Program-made: the position numbers and the translations under genes
Notes under the pieces: model-generated
What the model was told of the DNA's origin: nothing
The model's input: only the letters and a program-made list of their open reading frames with translations
Database searches by the model: none
Assembly (NCBI GenBank): GCA_015065335.1
Contig: SVQM01000002.1
Coordinates: forward strand, 1 to 54,270
Length of the DNA stretch: 54,270 nt
Reading direction: 5' to 3'
From: Oscillospiraceae bacterium
Lineage (GTDB): Bacteria; Bacillota; Clostridia; Oscillospirales; CAG-272
Part shown: one piece after another, positions 29,901 to 37,149 of the stretch
Numbering within the stretch: position 1 is the first letter of the stretch
Layout: the number at the start of each line of letters is the position of its first letter

Positions 29901-32900
29901 CCTTGAAAAGCTGACCTTTGGTCTGTTCGGAAATTCTAAGGTATATGTAAGTGCTACTACCGACGATGCAACCTCCGGTGTTCAGTTCATTCAGTGGCTT
30001 AAGACTGATGCTAAAACTGTTATGACTAAGGCTGAGCTCGATGCTGCTAAATGGTCTGATATTGATCAGAAACAGCCCTGTGCTATTCCTGATGAGTATA
30101 AAACTATCGATCCCGATGAGATCGCAACTATCTACATCAAGGTTGTAGATAATGCAGGTAACTACGAGTATTTCAATACTCAGGGAATCATCATTGAGGA
30201 TAATGCAGCAGAGATCACTATTACTCCTGCAGAGCCTAACAAAAACGGCTACTACAACAGCGATGTTTCAGTAAATATCGCAGTAACCGATCCCGATATC
30301 TATTCCGGTATCAAGGAAGTAGAGTATTGGGTAGTATGCGACGGCAAGGAGACTAAGAGAGAGAATCTCTATGCATTTGACATTGAGAATCCTGTACACA
30401 GAGATATCGCAAATACATTCGATCGTGATATCACAGTAATCGCTAATGATAACAACAGTGACAACGTAAAGGTATTCGTAAGAGTAACCGATAACGCAGG
30501 TAACGAGTTTATCAAGGAGAGCGATGTTCTCAAGATCGATGTAACAGCTCCTGTTGTAAATGTTGAGTATATCAATGAGAACAAGAATGGTGCAGCGATT
30601 GACGGCAACTTTACATCAAGAGATATAAAGATCACCGTAACCGAGAGATCAAGCGGCTTTGATGCAGACGCAGTTCTTGATGCACTCGGCATTGACGCAT
30701 TTGATGCAAAGGGTAATGCAGTAGAGAATGCATACACTATCGGCAGATGGGTTCCCGCATCAGATACAACTCCCGATGAGGATACACACACTGTAACCAT
30801 TACTTGCGATAAGAATGCAAAGTTTACCTTCGAGCTTGCAAGCTTTACCGATCTTGCGGGTAATGAAGCACAGTTCATGATTGGTGAGACTGCTTATGAG
30901 ACTTACGGTCCCGACAGCTTCGCCGTAGATACCACTGCTCCTACAGGATCAATTACGATCACTGTTAAGGATAAGGATGGTAACGATATTACAGAGGAGT
31001 GGAAGAAAGAGATTACTTCCGCAACTGCTGCAGATCCTACTATCTTTAACAGATACTACAATGCAACTATTACTGTAAGCAACACCTCCGATGATGTGAC
31101 ATCCGGTGTACAGTATGTTCAGTGGCTTAAGACTGATGCTAAAACTGTTATGACTAAGGCTGAGCTCGATGCGGCAGAGTGGTCTGATGATGCTATCACT
31201 TCTATCGCTCCCGATGAGATCGCAACGATCTACATCAAGATCGTTGACAATGCAGGAAACTACTGCTACATCGGTACAAACGGACTTATCATTGAGGATA
31301 ATGCAGCAGAGATCACTATTACTCCTGCAGAGCCTAACGAGAACGGCTACTACAACAGCGATGTTGCAGTAAATATCGCAGTAACCGATCCCGATGACAC
31401 CTATTCCGGTATCAAGGAAGTAGAGTACTGGGTAGTATGCGACGACAAGGAGACAAAGAGAGAGAAGCTCTATGCATTTGACATTGAGAATCCTGTACAC
31501 GGAGATCTCGCAAATACATTCAATCAGAATATTACAGTAATCGCTAATGATAACAACAGCGATAATGTAAAGGTATTTGTAAAAGTAACCGATAACGCAG
31601 GTAACGAGTTTATCAAGGAGAGCGATGTTCTCAAGATCGATGTAACAGCTCCTGTAATTGAAGTTGAGTTCGAGGTTGAAGAACAGCTTGATAATGCAGT
31701 AAAGAACTATTTCTACAAGCGTATTGCAACCATTACTATTACCGAAAGATCCTCTGCATTCGATAAGGGAGCTGCAAACACTGCGATCATGAGTGGTATT
31801 AAGGGCTTTGATGTAAACGGATATGGTGTTGATCTTAAGTTCGGTGAAAACGGAAACATGCATCTTGTAGGTTGGACAGATGTTAAGGGTGCAACTCCCG
31901 ATGAGGATACTCATACTGCTACAGTAGAATTCCTTGCTGATGCAAACTATACATTCGGATTCACCTATACCGATCTTGCAGGAAACACATCTGAGGCTTA
32001 TAATGCAGAAGCATTTACAGTGGATACCACAGCTCCTACCGGTTCTGTTACAGTTGGTGATCTGGGAGTGTGGGAAGCACTTCTTGAGAAGCTTACCTTC
32101 GGTCTGTACAGCAACGGAACTGTTACCGTAACAGGTACTTCAGCCGATGTTACAAGCCCTGTTCAGTATGTTGATTACTTCAAGACCGATTCTGAAGCAG
32201 CTCTTACTGTCGATGAGCTTGCAAATGTAAGCTGGACAGCATTCGGAAACGGCTTCGATGTTGCTGCCAACGAGCAGTTCACGGTATATCTGAGAATAAT
32301 CGATGCAGCAGGTAATGTAGCATATATCAGCTCCAACGGAATTATCGTTGACGATACTGCTCCCGTTGTTGAAAGCATTAAGCCTGAGGTTACGATCAAA
32401 CCCGAAAAGCCTATCAATGGATTCTATAAGTCTGACTTTACTGTCGCAGTAAAAGTCTCCGAGTCTAATGTCAAGGATGTATATTCCGGACTTAAAACTA
32501 TTACTTATGTAATTCATGATAAGGTAAGCGATGAGAAGGAAACCGGTATTCTGTATCAGTTTGATACCGTCGCTCCCGGTAAGGATCAGCTTAAGACTGT
32601 ATGGGAAGATGAAAAGGCTATTACAGTTAATGCAAAGAAGTTCAACAGTAATGATGTAGAGATCTCGGTAACTGCAGAGGATAATGCAGGTAACTTTAAT
32701 ACTAAGGTAGAGAAGGTCAAGATCGATACTACCATTCCTACGATCAGTGTGGATTACGGTAATGATACAGGAATCGGCGAATACTACAAGACCAACCGTA
32801 CTGCTACTATCGTTATTACTGAGCGTAACTTTGATCCTTCCGACGTTATTGTAACCATTACAAATACTGATAATGTAGTTCCTACTATCAGTGCATTTAC

Positions 32901-34548
32901 TACCATTAACGGAAACGGAAATGGTGATAATACCAAGCATACTGCTACTATCAAGTATACTGCTGACGGTGATTATACCTTCGATATCAAGTATACGGAT
33001 GAAGCAGGAAATGCTGCAAAGGGTGTCACAAGTAATGATGCTGAGAATCCCTTTAAGTTTACCATCGATAAGACCGTACCTGTCATTGATTGGGCTTTCG
33101 ATAACAACAAATCAACTAACACAAGCTATTTCAATGACGACAGAATCCTTACTGTTACTGTAACAGAGCACAACTTCGATCCTGCTAAGTTCATTGCATC
33201 TACTAATGGCAGATTGATCGATGGCAAGTGGGATGCAGACGGAGATAGACATATCGGTCGCTTTGAGTTTATCGTTGATGATAAAAATATGGGTAAATTC
33301 AATTTCAGTTGTGTTGTGACAGACATGGCAGGTAACAGTTACACAAGAAACGATGTACCGAATTTCGTTATCGATAAGACTCAGCCTGATCTGACTCTTA
33401 CAGATAATGTAAATCCCGATGTCACCATCGACACTCCCACTGCGTACAATGATAAGATCTCATTTACTATTACATACACAGATATTTATCTTGTTGACAG
33501 TGAGAGCGGATATGAGATCAAAGTAACTGACTCCACCGGTAAGGATGTTACTGACGACTTCAGGAAAGATGAAGATAGGTCAAGTGCTATCGAACACAGC
33601 AGTATTGCCGCTGAAGAGAAGGTTGACACGGTAACTATCACTTACACCGATGATTCAACTACCAGAAAGCTTCCCGACGGAATCTACACTATAAAGGCTA
33701 CTGTATATGACATGGCAGGAAATACAGATACAGTGACCAAGACTTTCTCCGTAAACAGAGATTCCTCCAACTATCTCGTTGATTCTTACCTTGATGGACT
33801 TATTAAGAATGCATTTAATAAGGTAATCAATGATAAGATCGTTATCCGTGAGATCAACTGTACAGAGCTTAAAAACATCTCTATAAAGGTTACTCGCGAT
33901 AATCAGACTATCACTCTTGAGAAGGATAAGGATTACGTGATCGAGGTGGTAAAAACTGATGGTGACTGGTATGAGTACAGCTATATCATCAATCCCGATA
34001 AGTTCGCAGAGGACGGAAATTACAAGATCCTTGTAGAGTCTGAGGATGGTGCAGGCAACAAGATTAGTAATATTTCCGCAACCGGCGATTACAGAAAGAC
34101 CATTGAGTTCTTCGTTGATGATACAGCTCCTACGATCATCGTATCCGGCCTTGACGATTCACCTTATGATGCTGAACAGATCACTGCATTTATCACATAT
34201 GAGGATAACATTGCAGTAGATCGTGTAGAGGTAACTGTAACAGGTGGAAGAGATGAGTCTGTAACTTATGTGATCGGTGAGGGCGATCTCAGTGATCTGA
34301 ATAAGCTCTCCGATCAGATCGAGCACATCATTAAGGCTGCCGATGACAGACAGACACTTACATTTGTAGTATACGATGAGGCAGGAAATGCGAGCGAGAG
34401 CATCACAAAGACTGTCACCGTATCTACCAACCTTTGGGTACTGTTTATCAACAACACTCCCGTACTTATCGCATCTATCGTTGCTCTGGTACTTATTCTT
34501 GGTGCTGCAGTAACAATTCCCGTAATGAGAAAGAGACGCGCAAAGTAA
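23947..34548 (+). CDS. Giant (3533-aa) Ig-like/beta-sandwich repeat surface protein with C-terminal TM anchor
   Basis: Uninterrupted 10.6-kb ORF. N-terminal signal peptide, CarboxypepD_reg-like units, a run of Big_2-like units (SSD..IATVD..G.VT...G), and many modules ending in a TD-x-AGN motif and starting with VDTTAP. C-terminal helix LIASIVALVLILGAAVTIPV followed by MRKRRAK. No LPXTG. Confidence 0.85.
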   Translation: MIAKSKNTNFNRLLSGFLSLLMVMSVLPLGIFSVVADTAAEYTFAIVDASDAAVAGATVTLYDDNREVAKGETDGTGKAVIKADAGDNVTYKVEKDGYSSAMGVTTAGAVVTVKLIRRPTTTVVGYVKDSTGAAITGAQVKIADKGIAITDTVGKFLIGGVYTDASYVINVTCDGYKDVAVTANLKSENMITMFTKDDGDFAFAADKVTVKYGDSVSNTLINSAPSANVTYESSDESIATVDNNGNVTIKNVTGADGVVITARRAESLNYLYAEDSYTLVVVKGDQATLQWTKSVPEDYALNFKSGAYTNTVIGGSGDGDVTYKSSDTNVATVNNDGVVTLNMPGTVTIMATKSGGELYNDKSATYSLVIDKVEQAPLEFAIASPDSIEYGQQFANAASGGTVLSDIIYSTDDATVAEIDTESNVVGAIKTNSIGAVVVTATMPGNEYYKDVSASYTLYIVATKQKGFQFQKGTEGLEVACGETFTNAAFGNGETNVPVVYKSEDDTIATVDENGVVTAHKTGIVTISATAPAGGNYSETTISYELNIYKGYQELTFENGNIDIPAIFYGETYQNKAIAKTGVTYKTSNKNIATIDENGVVTPLKSGVIIITATAEDTADYYGATATYRLTINKAEPKIEFENGADVTVQFNDNDNVYQNEAFCQSMIDDGTVTDIAYSVSNTDIVADLDPATGKFTITGTGTATISVTFAENERYAAKTASYTITVIPDDQKIVFPEDKYTLLSGTNFATVPVATEDGDLFGTGAITYAVKSDDSGVIKSFDVNTGAIEFTNKVGTVVIVATKAEDRNYNAATAEYTLTVEYWKPEREFFAPVGEKNYEANEWYIGNVTIQAEDGYSLSFDNHVDNAEWLPALDDVVVDDSKETTVSFYLRDNNTGAITAQYTKLFKKDCVAPSAEINAKEKNTWEKFLSIFTGLFWDADEDVFTVTSSDATSGVAKIEYYIDYDKTTTATYDELAALADSEWIAYTDEGIAADESTVFAVYARVTDHAGNCVYVSTNGIIHDPAAPEVELTVTGDTANGVYYKDVTIDFDVTDAEPSSGITKVTYNVVVTDLDGVSTVIVDNEEYFADNSEDPEYADLVRNVSKSGTDILYYKALDYNNYTMNVTVTATDRAGNVTVESTEFFIRADRPELEEVIIEEGYGKRTIQFAIKDFHDLELFAETVEFTVVATDIEGNVLENNDGSLYTIEPWIYEGEGRHTTTAYFTGDAIYNLHLEYSYDYDEEKGQEPFDTEFTVDTTSPTGNLSIDKTDKLWTDIFETLTFGLWTNDSFEVVGSAYDSITGVNSVEFYEIDGTLVDSKLGTTKEEIVAALDLVEWTAIDSVEDFTEFAVKTIVPDSRTTVFVKITDVAGNYRYISTDGIIVEDDEAVIEFTSDDPEADGYYTSDFNVNISVTDPEIYSGIAKIEYWVVKDNDTENPTQEGVLYTFGDVNPAYDKLTNTFTDNVVIETDKNNSDNVCLYVEVTDNAGNKTVRNSEQFKIDNTAPVVNIEFTGENKNNGALDGNFTSREVKITVTERTSGFDADAVLAVLGITAVDAKGNAVENAYTIGEWTTVPGENINDDTHTVVITFAKDARYTFEIASFTDKAGNKAEFVIGEAVSETYGPDEFVVDTTAPIATVTVNGNDIVGNLTFDKETVSVTVTPDDATSGVQYVQWLKVNSTIPMEQAELEAAEWSNEAITEIAPNEIATIYAKIVDNAGNYCYVGTNGLVIENNAAELTVTPAEPNANGYYSNDVAVNVTVTDPDIYSGIAKIEYWVICDGIETQKDTLDLDIVDDPVYDDLKNVFEGSIDVIAEKNNSDNVVLYVRATDNAGNIIEKSVELKIDVTAPVVDVKYINETKNDGAVDGNFTSRGAKITVTERTSGFDADAVLAALGITAFDAKGNAVENAYTIGEWTTTKGATPDEDTHTVVITFVKDARYTFEIASFNDLAGNASVAYEADSFVVDTTVPTGYITVGDKSDWALILEKLTFGLFGNSKVYVSATTDDATSGVQFIQWLKTDAKTVMTKAELDAAKWSDIDQKQPCAIPDEYKTIDPDEIATIYIKVVDNAGNYEYFNTQGIIIEDNAAEITITPAEPNKNGYYNSDVSVNIAVTDPDIYSGIKEVEYWVVCDGKETKRENLYAFDIENPVHRDIANTFDRDITVIANDNNSDNVKVFVRVTDNAGNEFIKESDVLKIDVTAPVVNVEYINENKNGAAIDGNFTSRDIKITVTERSSGFDADAVLDALGIDAFDAKGNAVENAYTIGRWVPASDTTPDEDTHTVTITCDKNAKFTFELASFTDLAGNEAQFMIGETAYETYGPDSFAVDTTAPTGSITITVKDKDGNDITEEWKKEITSATAADPTIFNRYYNATITVSNTSDDVTSGVQYVQWLKTDAKTVMTKAELDAAEWSDDAITSIAPDEIATIYIKIVDNAGNYCYIGTNGLIIEDNAAEITITPAEPNENGYYNSDVAVNIAVTDPDDTYSGIKEVEYWVVCDDKETKREKLYAFDIENPVHGDLANTFNQNITVIANDNNSDNVKVFVKVTDNAGNEFIKESDVLKIDVTAPVIEVEFEVEEQLDNAVKNYFYKRIATITITERSSAFDKGAANTAIMSGIKGFDVNGYGVDLKFGENGNMHLVGWTDVKGATPDEDTHTATVEFLADANYTFGFTYTDLAGNTSEAYNAEAFTVDTTAPTGSVTVGDLGVWEALLEKLTFGLYSNGTVTVTGTSADVTSPVQYVDYFKTDSEAALTVDELANVSWTAFGNGFDVAANEQFTVYLRIIDAAGNVAYISSNGIIVDDTAPVVESIKPEVTIKPEKPINGFYKSDFTVAVKVSESNVKDVYSGLKTITYVIHDKVSDEKETGILYQFDTVAPGKDQLKTVWEDEKAITVNAKKFNSNDVEISVTAEDNAGNFNTKVEKVKIDTTIPTISVDYGNDTGIGEYYKTNRTATIVITERNFDPSDVIVTITNTDNVVPTISAFTTINGNGNGDNTKHTATIKYTADGDYTFDIKYTDEAGNAAKGVTSNDAENPFKFTIDKTVPVIDWAFDNNKSTNTSYFNDDRILTVTVTEHNFDPAKFIASTNGRLIDGKWDADGDRHIGRFEFIVDDKNMGKFNFSCVVTDMAGNSYTRNDVPNFVIDKTQPDLTLTDNVNPDVTIDTPTAYNDKISFTITYTDIYLVDSESGYEIKVTDSTGKDVTDDFRKDEDRSSAIEHSSIAAEEKVDTVTITYTDDSTTRKLPDGIYTIKATVYDMAGNTDTVTKTFSVNRDSSNYLVDSYLDGLIKNAFNKVINDKIVIREINCTELKNISIKVTRDNQTITLEKDKDYVIEVVKTDGDWYEYSYIINPDKFAEDGNYKILVESEDGAGNKISNISATGDYRKTIEFFVDDTAPTIIVSGLDDSPYDAEQITAFITYEDNIAVDRVEVTVTGGRDESVTYVIGEGDLSDLNKLSDQIEHIIKAADDRQTLTFVVYDEAGNASESITKTVTVSTNLWVLFINNTPVLIASIVALVLILGAAVTIPVMRKRRAK
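27709..32750 (+). repeat. Five tandem ~1.0-1.13-kb coding modules inside the giant gene
   Basis: Module boundaries (V/F)VDTT(A/S/V)P fall near 27709, 28833, 29836, 30925 and 32020. Modules 3 and 4 share perfectly identical 54-nt (29991-30044 = 31119-31172) and 72-nt (30483-30554 = 31584-31655) stretches. Confidence 0.8.
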
Positions 34549-34557
34549 TTAAAACAT

Positions 34558-34643
34558 AAGAAGCAGCCTCTGCGCTGGCAAACCACAAGGAGGATGTAAT
34601 CCTGTGGTTTGCCGCCGGAGGCTCTTCTTGCATTTATTGTTTG
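34558..34643 (+). terminator. Two-tier stem-loop terminator after the giant gene
   Basis: Outer stem aagaagcagcctc / gaggctcttctt. Inner stem ggcaaaccacaagg / cctgtggtttgcc. Followed by gcatttattgttt. Confidence 0.55.
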
Positions 34644-34651
34644 AGGTAACG

Positions 34652-36541
34652 ATGTGGAACAGTAATGAAATAATTGATGATACCTATATGATAATGGGCG
34701 AGCTTGGTCGCGGCGGAACAGGTGTCATTTATCTGGCATACCATCTTCGTCTGGAAAAGTATGTTGTCCTTAAAAGAATAAAAGACAACTTTGCAAACAT
34801 ACTTAAGGTACGAACCGAAGTCGATATACTGAAAAAGCTTCACCATACGTACCTGCCTCAGGTTTATGATTTCATGCAAATGGGTAATCATATATATACT
34901 GTTATCGATTACATCGATGGATGTGACCTTGACAGATATATCAAAGAAGGTTACGTTTTTACTGAGCATCAGTTGATGACATGGCTTCGTCAATTATGTG
35001 ACGTGCTTGGTTATCTGCATAGTCAAAAGCCTCAAATACTCCACTGTGACATAAAGCCCGGAAATATAATGATAACATCCGAAGGCAACGTCTGCCTTAT
35101 CGATTTTAATATATCTCTTGATGAAGAAACAGGCAGTGAGCTTTCGGGAATAAGTCAGTATTATGCATCTCCCGAGCAATATGAAAAAGCGATGTCTATC
35201 GTCTATCATACCAAAACAACGGTGACGATAGATCAACGTACAGATGTGTACAGCCTTGGTGCTACGTTTTATCACATGATATCCGGTATCATACCGACTA
35301 TCTCAGGACCTAATACTCCTCTTAGCCAGATGGGACTTGGTTATTCCAAAGAATTTCTGGAGATCATCGATAAGATGATGGAGACCAATAAGACCTTCAG
35401 GTATAAGAACACGTCCGAGGTCGTTCGTGATATCGATAAAATACTCAGAGGCAACAGTGCTGTAGTAAAGCTTGTAAGCAGTCTTCTTGTAACATTTCTT
35501 GTATATGCCATCGTCCTTGTGTGTGGTTTCTGGATGTACTTTCACGGTAAGGGAATGCTCTACCTTGAGGATTTCAATGAAAAATATAATGATTTCGAGA
35601 TCAGTTACAATTCAGATGACTACAGAGGCGCTATTACAAAGGGAATAGAGATACTCAATAATGTGGAATACAGAGATGTGTTTGAGGATGATATCGAGAA
35701 GAAATATACGATCCTGCATTATATAGGAGAGTGCTATTTTTACGAAGAGGATTATCATGAGGCTTGTCGTTACTATAAAGAAACGGTGGAGCTTGGAGCA
35801 GATTCTTCTTCGGTCAATGTGTTTATGCGAGATTATGCGATCGCACTGATCAGAACAAATAATATCTCAGAGGCTCAAAATGTTATTGCCGAAGCGAGAG
35901 GAAAAGGACTTGATGAAGAAAACCTTAAGCTGATCGATGCGGAGATAAGAAGCATGAATAGTGATCACAGGGGTACTGTTACTCTTACAACAGAGTTAAT
36001 GCATAGCCTTGACAGAGATATATCACTCAGAGCATATCGCCTTGCGGCTGACTCATATCAAAAGCTCGGTGAGTATGATTCTCAGATAGGTTGTCTTAAT
36101 GCTATAGTAAATGTGGATCCGTCTATTCAGAACTACAGAATGATTGGAGATGCATATATCAAAAAAGCAGAAGGCTTTCATGAGAATTATATATCGAGCA
36201 GAAAGGAAGCATATGAGAGGGCTGTATACTACTATGAAAAAGTAGTGGCAAACGAATATCATAATCTGTGGGATACACTGAATATTTCAGTATCCTATAT
36301 GGAACTTGAAAAATACGAAAAGGCAATAGAGCATCTAAAAAATGCTGCTGCCAAAGAGGAGAATTACAGAATTTATATGTATCTGGCATTTTCCTATGAA
36401 AAACAGAATGACTATGCAAATGCAAGAGAAAATTGCCTTCGTGCCGTCAGACTGTATGAAAGCTCAACAGAAAAGGACAAGCATCAAAATACAAGTGATG
36501 TTATAAGAAATCTGTATCTGCTTGAGCAAAAATTAAGATAG
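34652..36541 (+). CDS. Kinase-domain - TM - TPR-like protein (EssB-topology, catalytic residues retained)
   Basis: Start moved to ATG 34652 (RBS GAGGT) because the upstream extension overlaps the terminator hairpin. GRGGTGVIY, VVLKRIK, HCDIKPGN, DFNIS, ASPE. TM helix LLVTFLVYAIVLVCGFWMYF, then ~310 aa of TPR-like helical repeats. Confidence 0.8.
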   Translation: MWNSNEIIDDTYMIMGELGRGGTGVIYLAYHLRLEKYVVLKRIKDNFANILKVRTEVDILKKLHHTYLPQVYDFMQMGNHIYTVIDYIDGCDLDRYIKEGYVFTEHQLMTWLRQLCDVLGYLHSQKPQILHCDIKPGNIMITSEGNVCLIDFNISLDEETGSELSGISQYYASPEQYEKAMSIVYHTKTTVTIDQRTDVYSLGATFYHMISGIIPTISGPNTPLSQMGLGYSKEFLEIIDKMMETNKTFRYKNTSEVVRDIDKILRGNSAVVKLVSSLLVTFLVYAIVLVCGFWMYFHGKGMLYLEDFNEKYNDFEISYNSDDYRGAITKGIEILNNVEYRDVFEDDIEKKYTILHYIGECYFYEEDYHEACRYYKETVELGADSSSVNVFMRDYAIALIRTNNISEAQNVIAEARGKGLDEENLKLIDAEIRSMNSDHRGTVTLTTELMHSLDRDISLRAYRLAADSYQKLGEYDSQIGCLNAIVNVDPSIQNYRMIGDAYIKKAEGFHENYISSRKEAYERAVYYYEKVVANEYHNLWDTLNISVSYMELEKYEKAIEHLKNAAAKEENYRIYMYLAFSYEKQNDYANARENCLRAVRLYESSTEKDKHQNTSDVIRNLYLLEQKLR

Positions 36542-36559
36542 GTGTAAAGGAGATGTATT

Positions 36560-36682
36560 ATGTCTGGAAATGAATATATAGACATCGGAATCGCACTTAT
36601 CGCAGTGTCATCGATTTTGTTTGTGGGAGCTATCACACTTATTTTGCTGTTCTACAAAAAAAGCAAAAATGATGACAGATAA
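36560..36682 (+). CDS. Possible 40-aa single-TM micro-protein (below the ORF-track cutoff)
   Basis: Manual translation gives MSGNEYIDIGIALIAVSSILFVGAITLILLFYKKSKNDDR. AAGGAG lies 8 nt upstream and the ORF fits the gene gap. No homology evidence. Confidence 0.35.
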   Translation: MSGNEYIDIGIALIAVSSILFVGAITLILLFYKKSKNDDR

Positions 36683-36726
36683 TGATATGTATATTTTTTA
36701 AATTATTATAACAGGAAGTGATATGA

Positions 36727-37119
36727 ATGAAATGTCCTAATTGCAGAAGAGATTTACCGAACAATTACCTTAGATGCCCATATTGTAATGAGCTTACGTC
36801 TCCGGGTTATGCGAACACAAGGTATAATTCCGAAACGGAGCCGGTTTACAATAATATGAGAAATAACCGTGTATATTATCAGGATCACGGTAATTATTCT
36901 CGTGATCAAAGAAATACCCAATATAATTATAATTCTGATTATTACGGGAACCAGTATTACGGTTATTCCGATAATAATTATTATTATGAAGAACCGTATT
37001 ATGAAAACGACAAGAAGAACAATGATATAAATCATATTCTTATATCTATGGCAGTTTTCATAATAGGTATGCAGATAATAAATCTGCTGGCAATATTCGT
37101 GCTGATGCTAAGACTTTAA
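36727..37119 (+). CDS. Zinc-ribbon protein with N/Y-rich low-complexity region and C-terminal TM anchor
   Basis: 130 aa. CPNC...CPYC ribbon, then a ~75-aa Asn/Tyr-rich tract (NYNSDYYGNQYYGYSDNNYYYEEPYYEN), then the helix ILISMAVFIIGMQIINLLAIFVLML. Confidence 0.6.
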   Translation: MKCPNCRRDLPNNYLRCPYCNELTSPGYANTRYNSETEPVYNNMRNNRVYYQDHGNYSRDQRNTQYNYNSDYYGNQYYGYSDNNYYYEEPYYENDKKNNDINHILISMAVFIIGMQIINLLAIFVLMLRL

Positions 37120-37149
37120 TAAAATAAACAATGAAAGGACTTTTTAGCT

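Noticed and set aside
26287-32940. Long minus-strand ORFs inside the giant gene (26287-26973, 27742-29730 at 662 aa, 30949-31914, 32140-32940)
   Set aside because: They lie antisense to an uninterrupted 10.6-kb ORF with clear domain repeats. Their products are Cys/Ile/Leu-rich low-complexity strings with no motifs or RBS. This is typical stop-poor antisense frames of a biased coding region.
23947-34548. Giant protein as an EsaA homologue or a T7SS substrate
   Set aside because: It has a classical Sec signal peptide and a single C-terminal anchor, unlike polytopic EsaA, and it lacks any WXG/LXG-type N-terminus. The association with the T7SS is therefore kept only as a contextual hypothesis.
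34604-34651. GTG-34604 start for the second kinase; likewise GTG-21019 for the first kinase
   Set aside because: Both extensions start inside intergenic stem-loops (the terminator at 34558-34643 and the stem at 21011-21023). Both precede ATG codons with proper SD spacing that sit right at the kinase G-loop distance.
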